Positions 12,116 through 24,425 of a stretch of 41,472 bases of DNA are shown here, piece by piece. Positions within the stretch are counted from its first letter, which is position 1. Each line of letters opens with the position of its first letter. Under the pieces are notes generated by a model. That model saw nothing but the letters and a program-made list of their open reading frames with translations. It made no database searches and had not been told where the DNA came from. Source of the DNA: an uncultured Mycoplasma sp. Lineage in GTDB: Bacteria; Bacillota_I; Bacilli_A; Mycoplasmatales; Metamycoplasmataceae. Position numbers and translations under genes: made by a program. The stretch is from NCBI GenBank assembly GCA_947039385.1, contig CAMQYR010000001.1:1-41472 (forward strand), given 5' to 3'.

Positions 12116-14590
12116 ATGAATTCAAAATTAGCATTTTTTAGCAAATTGCCAAAAAGAAAAAAAAGTTCTGGCTCTGGCCGTGAATTTATTGGTAAGCTTT
12201 CTAAAGGACTTATGTTACCTATTGCAATGCTTCCTATAGCTGGTTTATTTCTTGGTATTGGAGCAACAATTGTCACTCAAGGTGCAAACAATCATATAGA
12301 AGGCTTAGTAGTTTTAGGTAACTTTTTAAAATTACCTGGTGATGTTATCTTTGGTGCATTGCCAGTTTTATTTGCAATTGCAATTGCAATTGCTTTCACT
12401 AAGGACGCTGGCGCCGCTGGACTATCAGCCTTAGTCGGATTTTTGGTATTTTCAGGAATCCAAGCATCTCTCATTGTAAAAAGTGGAGATGGATATAACG
12501 TATTATTTTATACAAACGGAAGTTTAGGCTTTCAAGATTATGGATTACCTAGTTCATTATTTGGTTCTGTTTTAGGAATAAATCAATTACAAACATCAGT
12601 GTTTGGTGGATTTATTGTAGGTTTTACGGTTGCATTTTTATATAATAAGTTTAGAGATATTCAATTACCACCAGTATTAGGATTCTTTTCAGGAGTTAGA
12701 TTTATTCCTGTTGTAACATTTGCAGCTTTATTCCCTATAACAATATTAATTCTTATGATATGACCTTTAGTAGGTATGTTTTTTAATATTATAGGTGGTG
12801 CCCTTGGTTCTAATATGTATGGATTTAATGCATTTATTTTTGGATACATCGAAAGAGCATTGGTTCCTTTAGGATTACACCATGCGTTTTATTCTCCACT
12901 ATGATACACAAGTGTCGGAGGTTTGTTAGATCTTAATGATACCGCAATTGTTGGAGGTCATTTTCTTCAAGGAAATATGACTTGATCACAATTAGTAACA
13001 TCTCTTAATCCAGGTGAGTCTTTTGATACATCTGTTGCTGGTGATCAAAGAATATGATCATTCTTGAATTCGTTTTTAGTTGGTAGACAAGCTACATTGT
13101 TAGATGGTTCAAGTCATGTTATTCAATTTAGCGATTTTACTACTACAGTTTATTCAAATAATTTGAATAATTTAATATCCGCTGGAACCTCTGGAATTAC
13201 CAATACAGTACAATCAACCGGAGTAAATGTTGCTCAATATATGCAAGGTAAATATCCATTTATGATGCTTGCACTACCAGCAGCAGCAGCAGCAATGGTG
13301 ATGGCAGCGCCAAAAGAAAATAGAAAAATGGCTGCTTCACTTGTTGTTTCAGCTGGAGCAACTTCATTTTTAACAGGAATTACAGAACCTATTGAATTTA
13401 CATTCTTATTCTTGGCTCCTTGATTATTTTGAGGGTTCCATGCATTCTTTTGTGCGCTTTCATTTGGTATCATGACTTGAATAGGATTAATATTCCCTGC
13501 TATAGCTCCACATATTGGACTAACATTTTCAGGTGGTGCATTAGATTGAATTATTTATGGTGCTGTGCAAATACCTGGCGGTTCAAATGCTTGGTTATCT
13601 CTATTGGTTGGTTTAGTATATGTGCCTATATACTACTTCTTCTTCTTGTGAGCAATTAAAAGATTTGACATAGCAACACCTGGTAGAGGTGAAAATACAA
13701 GACTATATTCCAAAGCTGATTATATAAATAAAGAAAAAGAAAAAACTTTAAATTTAACTGATAATAAACTACTTGCAATACAAGTAATTAAAGCATATGG
13801 TGGATTAAAAAATATTAAAAATGTTGATGCTTGTATAACAAAATTAAGAATTCAAGTTGAAAATCAAGAAATTGTTAATCGTGACTTGCTAATGCAACTT
13901 GGAGCTTCAGGGGTAATTAAACCAACACCACAATCCGTTTATACAATATTTGGCGCAAAAGCAGATTTAATTAAAAACCAAATAATGGAAATACAATCAG
14001 ATATTAAAAATAATCCTTCATTAGAAAAAGAATGGTTTTTAGGAAATAAAGAGAATGATAATAAATCATCTCAAAATTTAGGAAACAATGAAGAGTTAAG
14101 TAATGAATCTATAATTGTTTATGCACCTATTTCAGGACAAGTAGTTGACATAAAAGACATTCCTGATCAAACTTTTTCTGAAAAAATGGTTGGTGATGGA
14201 ATAGGTATTGTTACAACAACAAGCAAAGTTGTTGCTCCTATTTCAGGTGAAGTTGAACTTGCATTTCCTGGTGGTCATGCTTATGTTATTAAGTCTAAGG
14301 GCGGAACAAATATAATGCTACATATAGGAATTGACTCAATAAATCTTAAAGAAAATGGAGTTCCTATTGAAATATTTGAACCAATTGTAGAAACAGGAAG
14401 CATTGTTAAAAAAGGAGACATAATTGTTAAAGTAAAATCTGATAAATTAAAAAGTTTGGCAACCTCAAACATTTCCCCAATATTAGTGTTGAATGATTCT
14501 ATTAAAGGCAGAAAAATAAATATTTTAGCTAAAGGTAAAGTAAAAATTGGAGATCCTATTTTTGAAATAGTTCCAATTAAAGAAAAATAA
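12116..14590 (+). CDS. ptsG: PTS glucose-family transporter EIICBA
   Basis: LMLPIAMLPIAGL, GLHHAFY, SFLTGITEPIEFTFLF (EIIC); DACITKLR (EIIB Cys); DQTFSEKMVGDG and HIGIDS (EIIA). Sugar specificity (glucose vs GlcNAc) not determined. Confidence 0.9.
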
Positions 14591-14605
14591 TAAAATATAA
14601 TATTG

Positions 14606-14643
14606 AAACATCTAAATTACTTAAAGTATTTAGGTGTTTTTTT
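14606..14643 (+). terminator. Rho-independent terminator after ptsG
   Basis: AAACATCTAAAT...ATTTAGGTGTTT stem followed by T-run. Confidence 0.75.
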
Positions 14644-14682
14644 TATTCTAATTATTATCATTTATAACTTATAATTAGTTAT

Positions 14683-17574
14683 ATGAATAACGATTTTCTG
14701 AGTAAACAAAAAAATATTGATTTAGATAAAGTGGATTCAGGTATTTTTGCTAAACCTATAAAAAAACTAATTGATACAAATTATGATGATATAGATTCGG
14801 AAGATTACTCTTTAGAAGTTGTAAATGGAAGAATATTATCGAAGATTGATAGTTCATCAGGTTTTATAAATGATTTATCAGTATCAAATATAGGAGAAAA
14901 ATACATTTTATATTTACAAGCCATAAATATTAGTGATAAAAAATTTTTAGTTATAAGTGATAATAATATTGATGCAACTGTTTTTTCTCAAATATTTGCT
15001 TCATCACTTAAACAAAAAAATATTGATGTAACTTTTCCTATGAATAATAATCCAACAAACTTTTCACTAGGTTTTACTCAAATGGATGAAAAATTTGGTG
15101 GAATGATTGCATTTACTATGTCAGAAACAATATCAAAAATATTATCAATTAGTTTTTTTGATAACGAAGGAAAGTTAATTTCTAAAGAACAGTCTTCAAT
15201 ACTTAATAAATACATCTTTGAAACAGAGGATATGACTTTAAAAGTTTATAATAATAAAATAGATACTTTACAATTTCTTGATGTTAATAATTACCTTTCC
15301 ACTCTTCCAAAGCAACAAGATCTTTCAAATCTTAAAGTTTCAATAAATAATAGTTTTGATATGAATAAAGATATAATAAACAATTTTTTTTTAAGAAATA
15401 AAATTGAATATATTGAAACAAAAAGTAGGCATCCAAATAAGAATAAGACAATTAAAAAAGCATATCTTAGTTCTATGTTAATTAAAAGTGATGTTGCATT
15501 AAGTTTATCATCAAGTAATAATTTTTTTGAAATAACCATTTTGCATAAAAAGCAATATCATTTTTTAAATATGAATGATTTAAGTGCAATTTATCTTTAC
15601 TATTTACTAAAGTGTGGTAATTTTGATGATAAATATTTTAATAATAAATATGTTGTTACAAGCATTGCATCAAGTGACTTAACTTATATTATTGCGAAAA
15701 AAAACGGAATAAAAGTTAAAGAATATGAAAACTTTTTATCAAGTCTTTCAAGCAATGATAAATTAAACTCTAATATGTTGTTTGCTTGTGATGGTAAAAA
15801 CTATTTTATTGATATTAATAAAAAAAATTATATTTCAGATCCTTTTTACAATCTTCAAATATTTCTTGAAATGATTTCATTTTTTAAAAAACAAAAAATG
15901 ACCCTTATAGATGTTATGGAAGAAATTACTACTGAGTATGGAATATATAGATATTCCAAGAGTGAGCAAAACATGGATGATGTTACAATGAGAAAATTTT
16001 TAAATATTATTAAAAAAAACATGGTATTTGCAGAGCAAAAAATAATTAGACTCGATAAAATTATGATCGATGACAAAAACATTTGAATAACAAAATTTAT
16101 CTTGCAAGATAAGACAAAAGTAACATTCATTTATCATTCTAAGATAAATTTATTAAAGATATATTTATCTATGCATTATTTAGTTGAAGATGAAAATACT
16201 TTATATAGTAAGAAAACTGCTCATGCATTATCAAAAAACACTCATTATATGGATTTGGTTGTAAAAGAAAAAAAAATAATTGAATATGTCAAAATATTTA
16301 ATGATGACTATAAAAAGAAAACTACTACTTGGAAGGATTTTTTTAAGTACTTTATTTTTGTAGGAATCTTTCTAGGAATCTTTGTAATTTTGTTTACTAC
16401 ACTTTATAATATTGAAGGTGGTGGACCCATTACTATTTTCAAAAAAATAATTGAAATAGTAAGAAAACCTTCTTTAAAGTATATTTTTCCATTATTTATA
16501 TTGTTAATTTTGGTTTCTATACTTTGTAATTCAATTTTAATTGGGAGAATGTTAAAAGTGCAAGGACAAAAAGTTAAAATGAGGCATTTGATTATTTCAT
16601 CAATCATCGGTATTGTTATTACAAATATAACTCCTCTTTCTATTGGCGGTGATTTGGCTGGATATTGGTATCTTAGAAAAAAATCTTTTGAAAGAGGACC
16701 TTTAATAGCCACTTATCTAGCATCATCTCTTTTATATCAAGTGACTGGGGCGATAATCGCATGTATATTTGTTCCAATGGGTTTTATTGCTTTTCCTGAA
16801 ATATTAAGTTTAAAAAATCCAAACTCAATAGTTATTTTGGTTTTCTCATTAATAGGATTTATTGGTAATGTTATTGGTGCTATTTTTATAGGTGTATTTT
16901 CCTTTAGCAATAAAATACAAAGTATCTTTATTAAATTGTGAATTAAAATCATTTATTTAATACCCTTTATAGTTTCAAGAGATCCTAATTCAAGAGCGGC
17001 AAGTTTTCAATATGAATTTTTAAAAATTAGAGCTAGTTCATTAATAATATTTAAAAATATTTTTACAACATTTGAATTTATTTGTTGAAGATTATTTCCG
17101 TTCTTTTTTCATGGTTCAGTTTTTTTAGCTATTGCTACAGAATTAATGAAACCCTCTAATGACTTATGGGGTGGTCAATATATTAATTTAATGATTGGAT
17201 TTTCAATATTGACAGCAGCAAACTCGATCTCTATTACTCCTGGGGGGGCTGGAACAAGTCAATATTTTCAATCACAAATATTTTCAGAAATGTTTAAATC
17301 ACCAAGTGCCGAAAATTCAATTGTATTTTCGTTATTTTCAACAATAACATTTTTTGTTTTTCCAACAATTATTTCAGCTTTAGTGCTTTTAACTGTTTGA
17401 ATGGGTGAAAAAAGAATTGAAAAATATGAAAAAATTAAAAGAGTTATGTATTATGAAAACAAAACAAAACAAAACAAAAATATTAGGAAATATACAAGAT
17501 TTCACAAAATTTCACTAAGTGTTTGAATTACTTGTACAATCACTATACTATCTGTTTACTATATTTTAATCTAA
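14683..17574 (+). CDS. Fusion: degenerate phosphohexomutase-like domain + lysylphosphatidylglycerol-synthase-type (flippase-like) TM domain (963 aa)
   Basis: Single frame with TGA=Trp. C-half has NITPLSIGGD and SISITPGGAGTS motifs in ~8 TMs; N-half follows PGM/PMM motif spacing without catalytic signatures. Confidence 0.75.
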
Positions 17575-18932
17575 TTGATAAATTCTATTTTTCTCTTTAA
17601 TTTTAAGAGTGCCGCTTTTATTATTTCATTAATTTTCATTTGAATATCAATTCTTTCTATTGCTGAAATAACAGTTGAATGATCTCTTCCATTAAAAAAA
17701 TTTCCAATCTCTTTATATGTTACATTTAGCATATCTCTGATTAATCACATTGATATATGGCGACCCAATACAATATCTTTTCTTCTATTTTTGCTTTGTA
17801 ATTCTGTTCTTGTTAATCCATAATATTTTGCTACAATATCTACAATTTTCTCTTTTGTAATGTTTTCTTTTTGTTGTTTTAGTGATGAAAAAATTTTACT
17901 AATAATTTGTTGAGTATATTTAATGTTTCCAATCTCTTCTTCATAAAATTTAATTCTATTTACAGCACCTTCTAGGTTTCTAATTGAATTAGAATGATTT
18001 CTAACAATAAATTTTAATGCTTCATCCTCTCATTTATCAGGATTAATATTTCTATTTATTAATTTTTTTCTCAAAACTTTTGTTAAATCATCAAAGGATG
18101 GTTGTTTTATTTCGATGGTTAATCCACCTTGAAACCTTGTTATAAATCTATCCTCGAATCCTCCCAGTAGTTCAGGTTCTCTATCAGAAGCTATAATTAT
18201 TTGGTTATTTTTATTAATGTGATGATTTATAAGGTTAAATAAAACATTGAGTGTTGAATTTTTACCAGCATACATTTGTATATCATCCAATATAATGATG
18301 TCAAAATTTTTATATTTATCAACAATCTTATTAATTTTTTCTTGATTATTATCCATCAAAATAGGAACTAATTTTTTTGTGAATTCTTCAGGAGTTATAT
18401 AGCAAACTTCTTTATTTTTATTAATATATTCCATTCCTACCGCATATAATAAGTGAGTTTTACCTAAACCGGAAGATGAATAAATAAAAAGAGGTGAATA
18501 AACAACATCACTAGATGAAACAATTTTTTTAGCAGCTTTTACAACATCTTCATTAAATTCAGCAACAACATAATTATCAAAAGTAAATGAAGGGTTAATG
18601 TTTGATTTTTTTGCAATATCTTTGCCATCAAGAAGTTGGTCAATATTGTTTAAGTTTATATTTTTGAATTTTGATTTTTCAATATAAATAATTTTTGTAT
18701 TATTAGGAAATATTTTTTTGTTAATATTTTCTAAAATTCCTTTATAGTTAGATTGTATATATGAAATGGCATCTTTTGTTGAAAAAACAATATATAGTAA
18801 TGTCGGACTAATTATATGAACTTGTATATCTCTTATGAAACTAGAAAAAATAAGTTGATCATTTAACTCTTTTTCAAATTCAATTAAAAGATTTTTTGTG
18901 TATATACTATTTTCGTTTTTGTTCATATTCAT
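17571..18932 (-). CDS. dnaA: Chromosomal replication initiator DnaA
   Basis: FTFDNYV, YSPLFIYSSSGLGKTHLL, LDDIQ, IRNLEGAVNRI, GRDHSTVISA; TAG at 17571-17573. Confidence 0.97.
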
Positions 18933-19106
18933 GCATAAACAATCTTAAACTAAATTGGCAATAGCATTGCAAAAAATAACAAAAAAATAAAAAAGAATAT
19001 GTAATAAAAAGTAATTTTTTTATTTTTTTGCTATACTTTATATATAAATTAATATATTGCTTATTTAGTAATATAAAACTTATAATATATAATACAGGAG
19101 AGTTTT

Positions 19107-19250
19107 ATGAAAAGAACATATCAACCAAATAAGAGAAAACACATTAAGACACATGGTTTTAGAGCTAGAATGTCTACTCCAGGTGGAAGAAATATTCTAT
19201 CTTCAAGAAGAGCTAAAGGGAGATTTAAATTAACCGTTTCTGATAAATAA
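19107..19250 (+). CDS. rpmH: 50S ribosomal protein L34
   Basis: [47 protein letters not shown]. Confidence 0.97.
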   Translation: MKRTYQPNKRKHIKTHGFRARMSTPGGRNILSSRRAKGRFKLTVSDK

Positions 19251-19573
19251 TGAAAAAAAACGAAATTGTTAAAAAAACTCAAGAATTTCAAAGCATCATT
19301 AGAAATAAAAAACAATTTGTTTCTAATAACTTAATTTTATATTATGTAAAAAATGATTCATTCCAAATAGGGATTTCCATACCTAAAAAATTTATCAATG
19401 CTGTTGGTAGAAATTATCTTAGAAGACAAATAAGATCAATAGTATCAAAGATAAATTATAAAAATATAAAATATAAAATAATTTTAATAATTAGAAAAGA
19501 TTTTATAAAATTAACATATATTGAAAAAGAAACTGAAGTTAAAAAATTTATTGAAAGGTTGATAAAAAGGTAA
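19250..19573 (+). CDS. rnpA: Ribonuclease P protein component
   Basis: GISIPKKFINAVGRNYLRRQIR RNR motif; rpmH-rnpA-yidC order. Confidence 0.95.
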   Translation: MKKNEIVKKTQEFQSIIRNKKQFVSNNLILYYVKNDSFQIGISIPKKFINAVGRNYLRRQIRSIVSKINYKNIKYKIILIIRKDFIKLTYIEKETEVKKFIERLIKR

Positions 19574-19577
19574 GTCG

Positions 19578-21629
19578 ATGAGTAACAAAATAAAAAGATC
19601 TGATAAATACGACTTTTTTAAAGGTACTATTAATAATCAAAAAAAACAAAAAACTCCTAAAGAAAAATTTAAGTTTGGTTTTAAATTTGTTAAAATTGCT
19701 TTTTATCTTTTTTTGTTATCTCTTTCCCTAACAGGATGTATTCAATCAATTGCTATTAAATCTTCTTCCACTACAGGTAGTGGTATTGAATTTTATAGAA
19801 ATGTAAATGATATAGCTCCATTTGTAAATTCATATAAAATAGTTGAATTTAAAGATAAAGACGGTAAAGTTGTTAGTCAAGAACTCATTTTAGATAAAAA
19901 AAACAATTATTTGGTTACTAATTCTACATCTAATCCAACAATTGAAGAATTAAAAACCCAAATTAATAAGTATGGTGAAAATTTATATGGACAATATAAC
20001 AATTATTCTTCATCCTTAAGAATTGTAAACCAATCTAACAAGTTATTAGAAAATACATTAGATATCAAAAGTGAGTCTAATGGTCAATTAATAAAAGGTA
20101 CTGATAATAAGAGTAATTTTTTATTTTTAAATTCTTCAATGCTAAACAAAATGAATAATTCTAATGATAGTTATAAAAATGTTAATCAACTTATGGATAT
20201 CCCCGTTTTTATAAACCCTAAATTCGAAGCTTATCACCCCATAACAGAAACCGAACCACAAAAAAAAGTTGAACAAGACAAAACAGGTAATTATTTAGAT
20301 CGAGATGGTAGACCATATGATTATAACGATGAAGATGATAAAAAAGAAATTGATAGTTTTATGTATAAATTTAATTTTGAAAAAGCTGTGTTGTTAAAAG
20401 ATTCTACTACTGATTCTAATTCTCAAAAATTTGCTAGAGATTATGTTCAATCTCTTGTTAATGTGTTTATGCAATTTAATCAATATAGTGCATTGAATAA
20501 ATTGCCAAATACTACATCATCTGAACCACCAGCAGATACTTCACAATTAACACAATACAGACTAGAACAATTGAACAGTATAAAGTCAAATAAGCTTACT
20601 GATGAACCTAATTCAACAAGCAATTTTTCACTTAATAAAAATTCTAATTATTTGAAAGAAGAAGATGCAAGTTATACTTTAAAAATGAAAATATCAATAC
20701 AAAATTATCTAATGACCGTTTTGCCCATAATATCAAAAGCCGGTTATTCTATGCCTGCAAAACCAAAAGTTGGTCCTCCTACATTTGAATTTAATAATAA
20801 AAATTTTATATCTGGAGGATCTATTATTGGACAAAAACCCATTGTAACTTGGGGAGATGCTTGAGGACTAGGACCGTTTTATGGTTTTGTTGTATATCCT
20901 ATATCATATGTTGTTAATTCACTTGTAGGATCACTTCCGATTTCAATGGGCGGTGGTGTTGCACTATTATCAATTGTAATATCAGTTATAGCAGCAAGAA
21001 TGTTAGCATTATTACTAACATATAAATCAGTGTTTGCACAAGTTAAGCAACAAGAACTGGCTCCCAAAAAAGCAAAAATTGATGCTAAATATGCTGCCTA
21101 TAAGGGCAACAAACAAATGGAACAAAAGAAAAGGCAAGAACTTTCAGCGCTGTATAAGAAAAATAATATTAATATGTTAACTCCTTTGTTATCATCATTA
21201 GTTTCTATGCCAATTTTCCTTTCAATGTGGAGAATTATTCAAGGAATACCTTTTATAAAATCAACATCCATTTGAGGGATAAACTTTTCTCAAACTTCTT
21301 GACGGGAGTTATTCGATGGTCATTGACAATATCTGGCCTTGATAGTACTAGCTGTAGTTATTCAGGCGGGGTCTCAATTTTTACCCAAATATTTGAATAA
21401 AAAAAGAATGAAAGAACGTTCCAATGTTGCTGAAAAAGAAGCTATGAAAAAGGCTAATAGAACACAGAATATAATAATGGTAATTTTTATATTTATGGCA
21501 GTAATATTTCAGGCTGGAGTTCAAATTTATTGAATTGTTGGAGGGGTTTGAACTATGTGTCAAACACTACTAATACATCATATCCAGAAAACAAAATTTT
21601 TCAAAGAAAAACTTATAAAATATGTTTAA
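19578..21629 (+). CDS. yidC: Membrane protein insertase YidC (mycoplasma long form)
   Basis: GPFYGFVVYP, I.AKY, QE...LYKKNNI, MPIF.SMWRII, GVQIYW; synteny. Confidence 0.93.
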
Positions 21630-21719
21630 AATTAATATCATTTTTGATGATATTAATTTTTTTTCTTATTAGGAAATATTTAAAGTATTTTTTTGTTATG
21701 TTATAATATATTTTTAAAA

Positions 21720-23396
21720 ATGAACAATAAAAATAAAATGGTGAAAGATCCAGCCATAAAAACAAATTATAAAGAATCATGACTATTTTTCTTTCAATAT
21801 TACAAAAAACATAAATGGTGAACAATATCAATGATTTTAATTTCTTTTTTTATTTCATTGTCAATAATATCATTGCCATTTTTAACAATGTTATTAAAAG
21901 AAGGGTCAAAAGAAGGGTCAACAAATAAAAATGCATTTTATGTTTTTGCAACACTTATTTTAATTATTTCTGTAATTAAAATAATACTTAGTTTTTTTTC
22001 TAATTATGTTAGTGGTGTTTTTGATTTAAAAATGGAAATATCAATAAGAAAAGATATGATGAAGAGATTGCATTCTCTTTCTATGGAACAATTTGATAAT
22101 TCAGCAATTGGAGTTTATTTTTCTAGAGTTTTAAATGATATTAAGGAAGTTAAGTTAAGTGCAAGCCATTTAATTCAAAACTTTGTGACTATATTTTGCT
22201 TAGTTATTGGTGGCTTTTCATTTATATTTTATAGTAGTTGAATCGCTGGAATAATAACCTTATCAATATACATAATAACTTTATTAATTTATATTTTTTT
22301 TAGACACAAATTAGTGTATCATCAACAAGTTAATAAATCTTTAAATACTTTTTTAACAATTGGTATTGGTGAACATGTTCAAATGATAACAGAAATAAAA
22401 TCATATAACAACTCAGAATCAACAATTAAAAAGTTTGATATTTTGCAAAACAATTATTTTAAATCAACAAAAAGCTATATTAAAAAAATATCTTGGTTTA
22501 AAATAATAGGGATTGGATCATCTATTTTTATTTCAACGTCAATTTTATTAATTGGTTCATTTTTTTTAAGAATAAAAAATCCATGAGAATTGGCGGGTTT
22601 GATTATGGCAGCAAATATTTTAATTATACCTATTGAAAAAACAGCAGTTATTGTAACTGATTTAATCACATTAAATGCCACAATAGTTCGAGTTAAGGAG
22701 TTTTATAGTTGGAAGAATGAAGAAAATAATGGAACAATTAAAAAACTTTTTCAAGGCGAAATTGAGTTTAATGATGTGTGTTTTTCTTATAAGGTAAATA
22801 ACAATGTTTTTCAAGTATTCAACCATTTTAATTTGAAAATTAACAGAAATAAAAAAACTCTTTTGTTTGGCAGTTTTGGGACAGGAAAAACAACAATATT
22901 TAAATTGTTAATGAGATATTATGAAATAGATTCTGGAGAGATTTTAATTGATGGAATTAACATAAAAAATTATGATTTAGAATTTTTAAGAAAAAACATA
23001 GCTTACCAAGCTTATATTCCTAAATTATTTTCTTCTTCTTTGGATAAAGAAGATTTGTATCCTGATAAGCAAAGATTGAATGAAATTGTAAAATGTCTAA
23101 AATTAGAAGATTTAATAGAAAAGAAATCAAAAATAGATATGAATATTAATTCACAAGGATTGCAAGTATCTGATAGTGAAAAGCAAATGTTATCTATATT
23201 AAGGTCATTGTATTTTAACACAAATGTGGTTCTACTTGATTTTACTGAATATTGTGTTAATCAAGAACAAATACTACTTGTCAAAAAAGCATTAAATATT
23301 TTTGCAAAGGATAAAACCATAATTTTTACCTCATATAAAAAATTAAGTTTTTTTGAATTTGATAATTATATAGAGCTACCAAAACAATGTGTATAA
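21720..23396 (+). CDS. ABC exporter half-transporter (TMD+NBD) with degenerate NBD motifs
   Basis: ~6 TM domain, IEFNDVCFSY, GSFGTGKTT, YEIDSGEILIDG; signature VSDSEKQ, Walker B VVLLDF; TGTTATAAT extended -10 at 21699-21707. Confidence 0.85.
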
Positions 23397-23403
23397 TTTA
23401 TAT

Positions 23404-24390
23404 ATGGTAATAAACAAGGAAGAATTAAAAAAAAATAAATATTTAAAAATGATTGTTGAGTCATTTATTAAATATGGTTTACCAATTGGAAGTGAAAACT
23501 TAATTAAGCAAAATAATCTTTTGATTTCATCTGCTACTATTAGAAATATAATGGTTTCTTTGGAAAAGGATGGTTACATTGAAAAACATCATTCATCAAG
23601 CGGACGAATTCCCTCAATAAAAGGTATAAAATATTATGCAAATAATTTAACTTCATCCCCTGATAAAATAATTAAATCAAAATTGAGAGATATTTTTGCA
23701 AAAAGAAGGACTTCAATTGATGAAACTATTGATGAAGCAGCAGCAGCAATTTCTGATCTTATCGGTCTTACATTTATAACCTCAAATATTGATTATAGAG
23801 AAACTCTAAAATCAATAAGTTTGACAGAAATTAATAATAATCAAGCAATAATAGTTTTAATTACATCTATTGGAAGAATTGAAAATAAAAAAATAAATAT
23901 TGAAAAAAGCATTAAATTTAGTGATTTTAAAATTGCTGTTAGATTTATACAAGAAAGACTAATAGATACTCCAATTAGTGAATTAAGTACTAAGGTGGCT
24001 TTATTAGAGCCATTATTTAGAACACAAATAAAAAGTGTTGAAGAATTAATTGTAACATTTGTTAACGAAATATTTGATTTTGCAATTTATCATAGTCCAA
24101 AAATATATGGCAAATCTTTTATTATAGAATCTGAAGATATTAAAAGAACAGACCTTGCAAAATTAATCAATATGATTGAGCGTGAATCAATTTGAGATTC
24201 AATTGAGGGGAGAAGTGTATATGGTGAAAATTTAAAAATAGATATTGGTTCAGATAACACATCAATGATTTCTAAAAAAATCACAATTGGACAGTCAACT
24301 AAAGAAATGTCTATTGTTGGAACACATAGAATGGATTATTCAAAAGCTAAAAATATATTAAATATGATTGAAATATTTTTGAAAGAATAA
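23404..24390 (+). CDS. hrcA: Heat-inducible transcription repressor HrcA
   Basis: PIGS, SSATIRNIM, HSSSGRIPS.KG..YY, IVG..RMDY; upstream of grpE-dnaK. Confidence 0.95.
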
Positions 24391-24425
24391 TTTTTTTTTC
24401 TTGAAATTAGTGTAAAATAATTTTT

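Noticed and set aside
19578..20860. Unusually long YidC with lipobox-like SLTGC and large extracellular domain
   Set aside because: Long N-terminal extracellular domains are a general feature of mycoplasma YidC, so not treated as novel.
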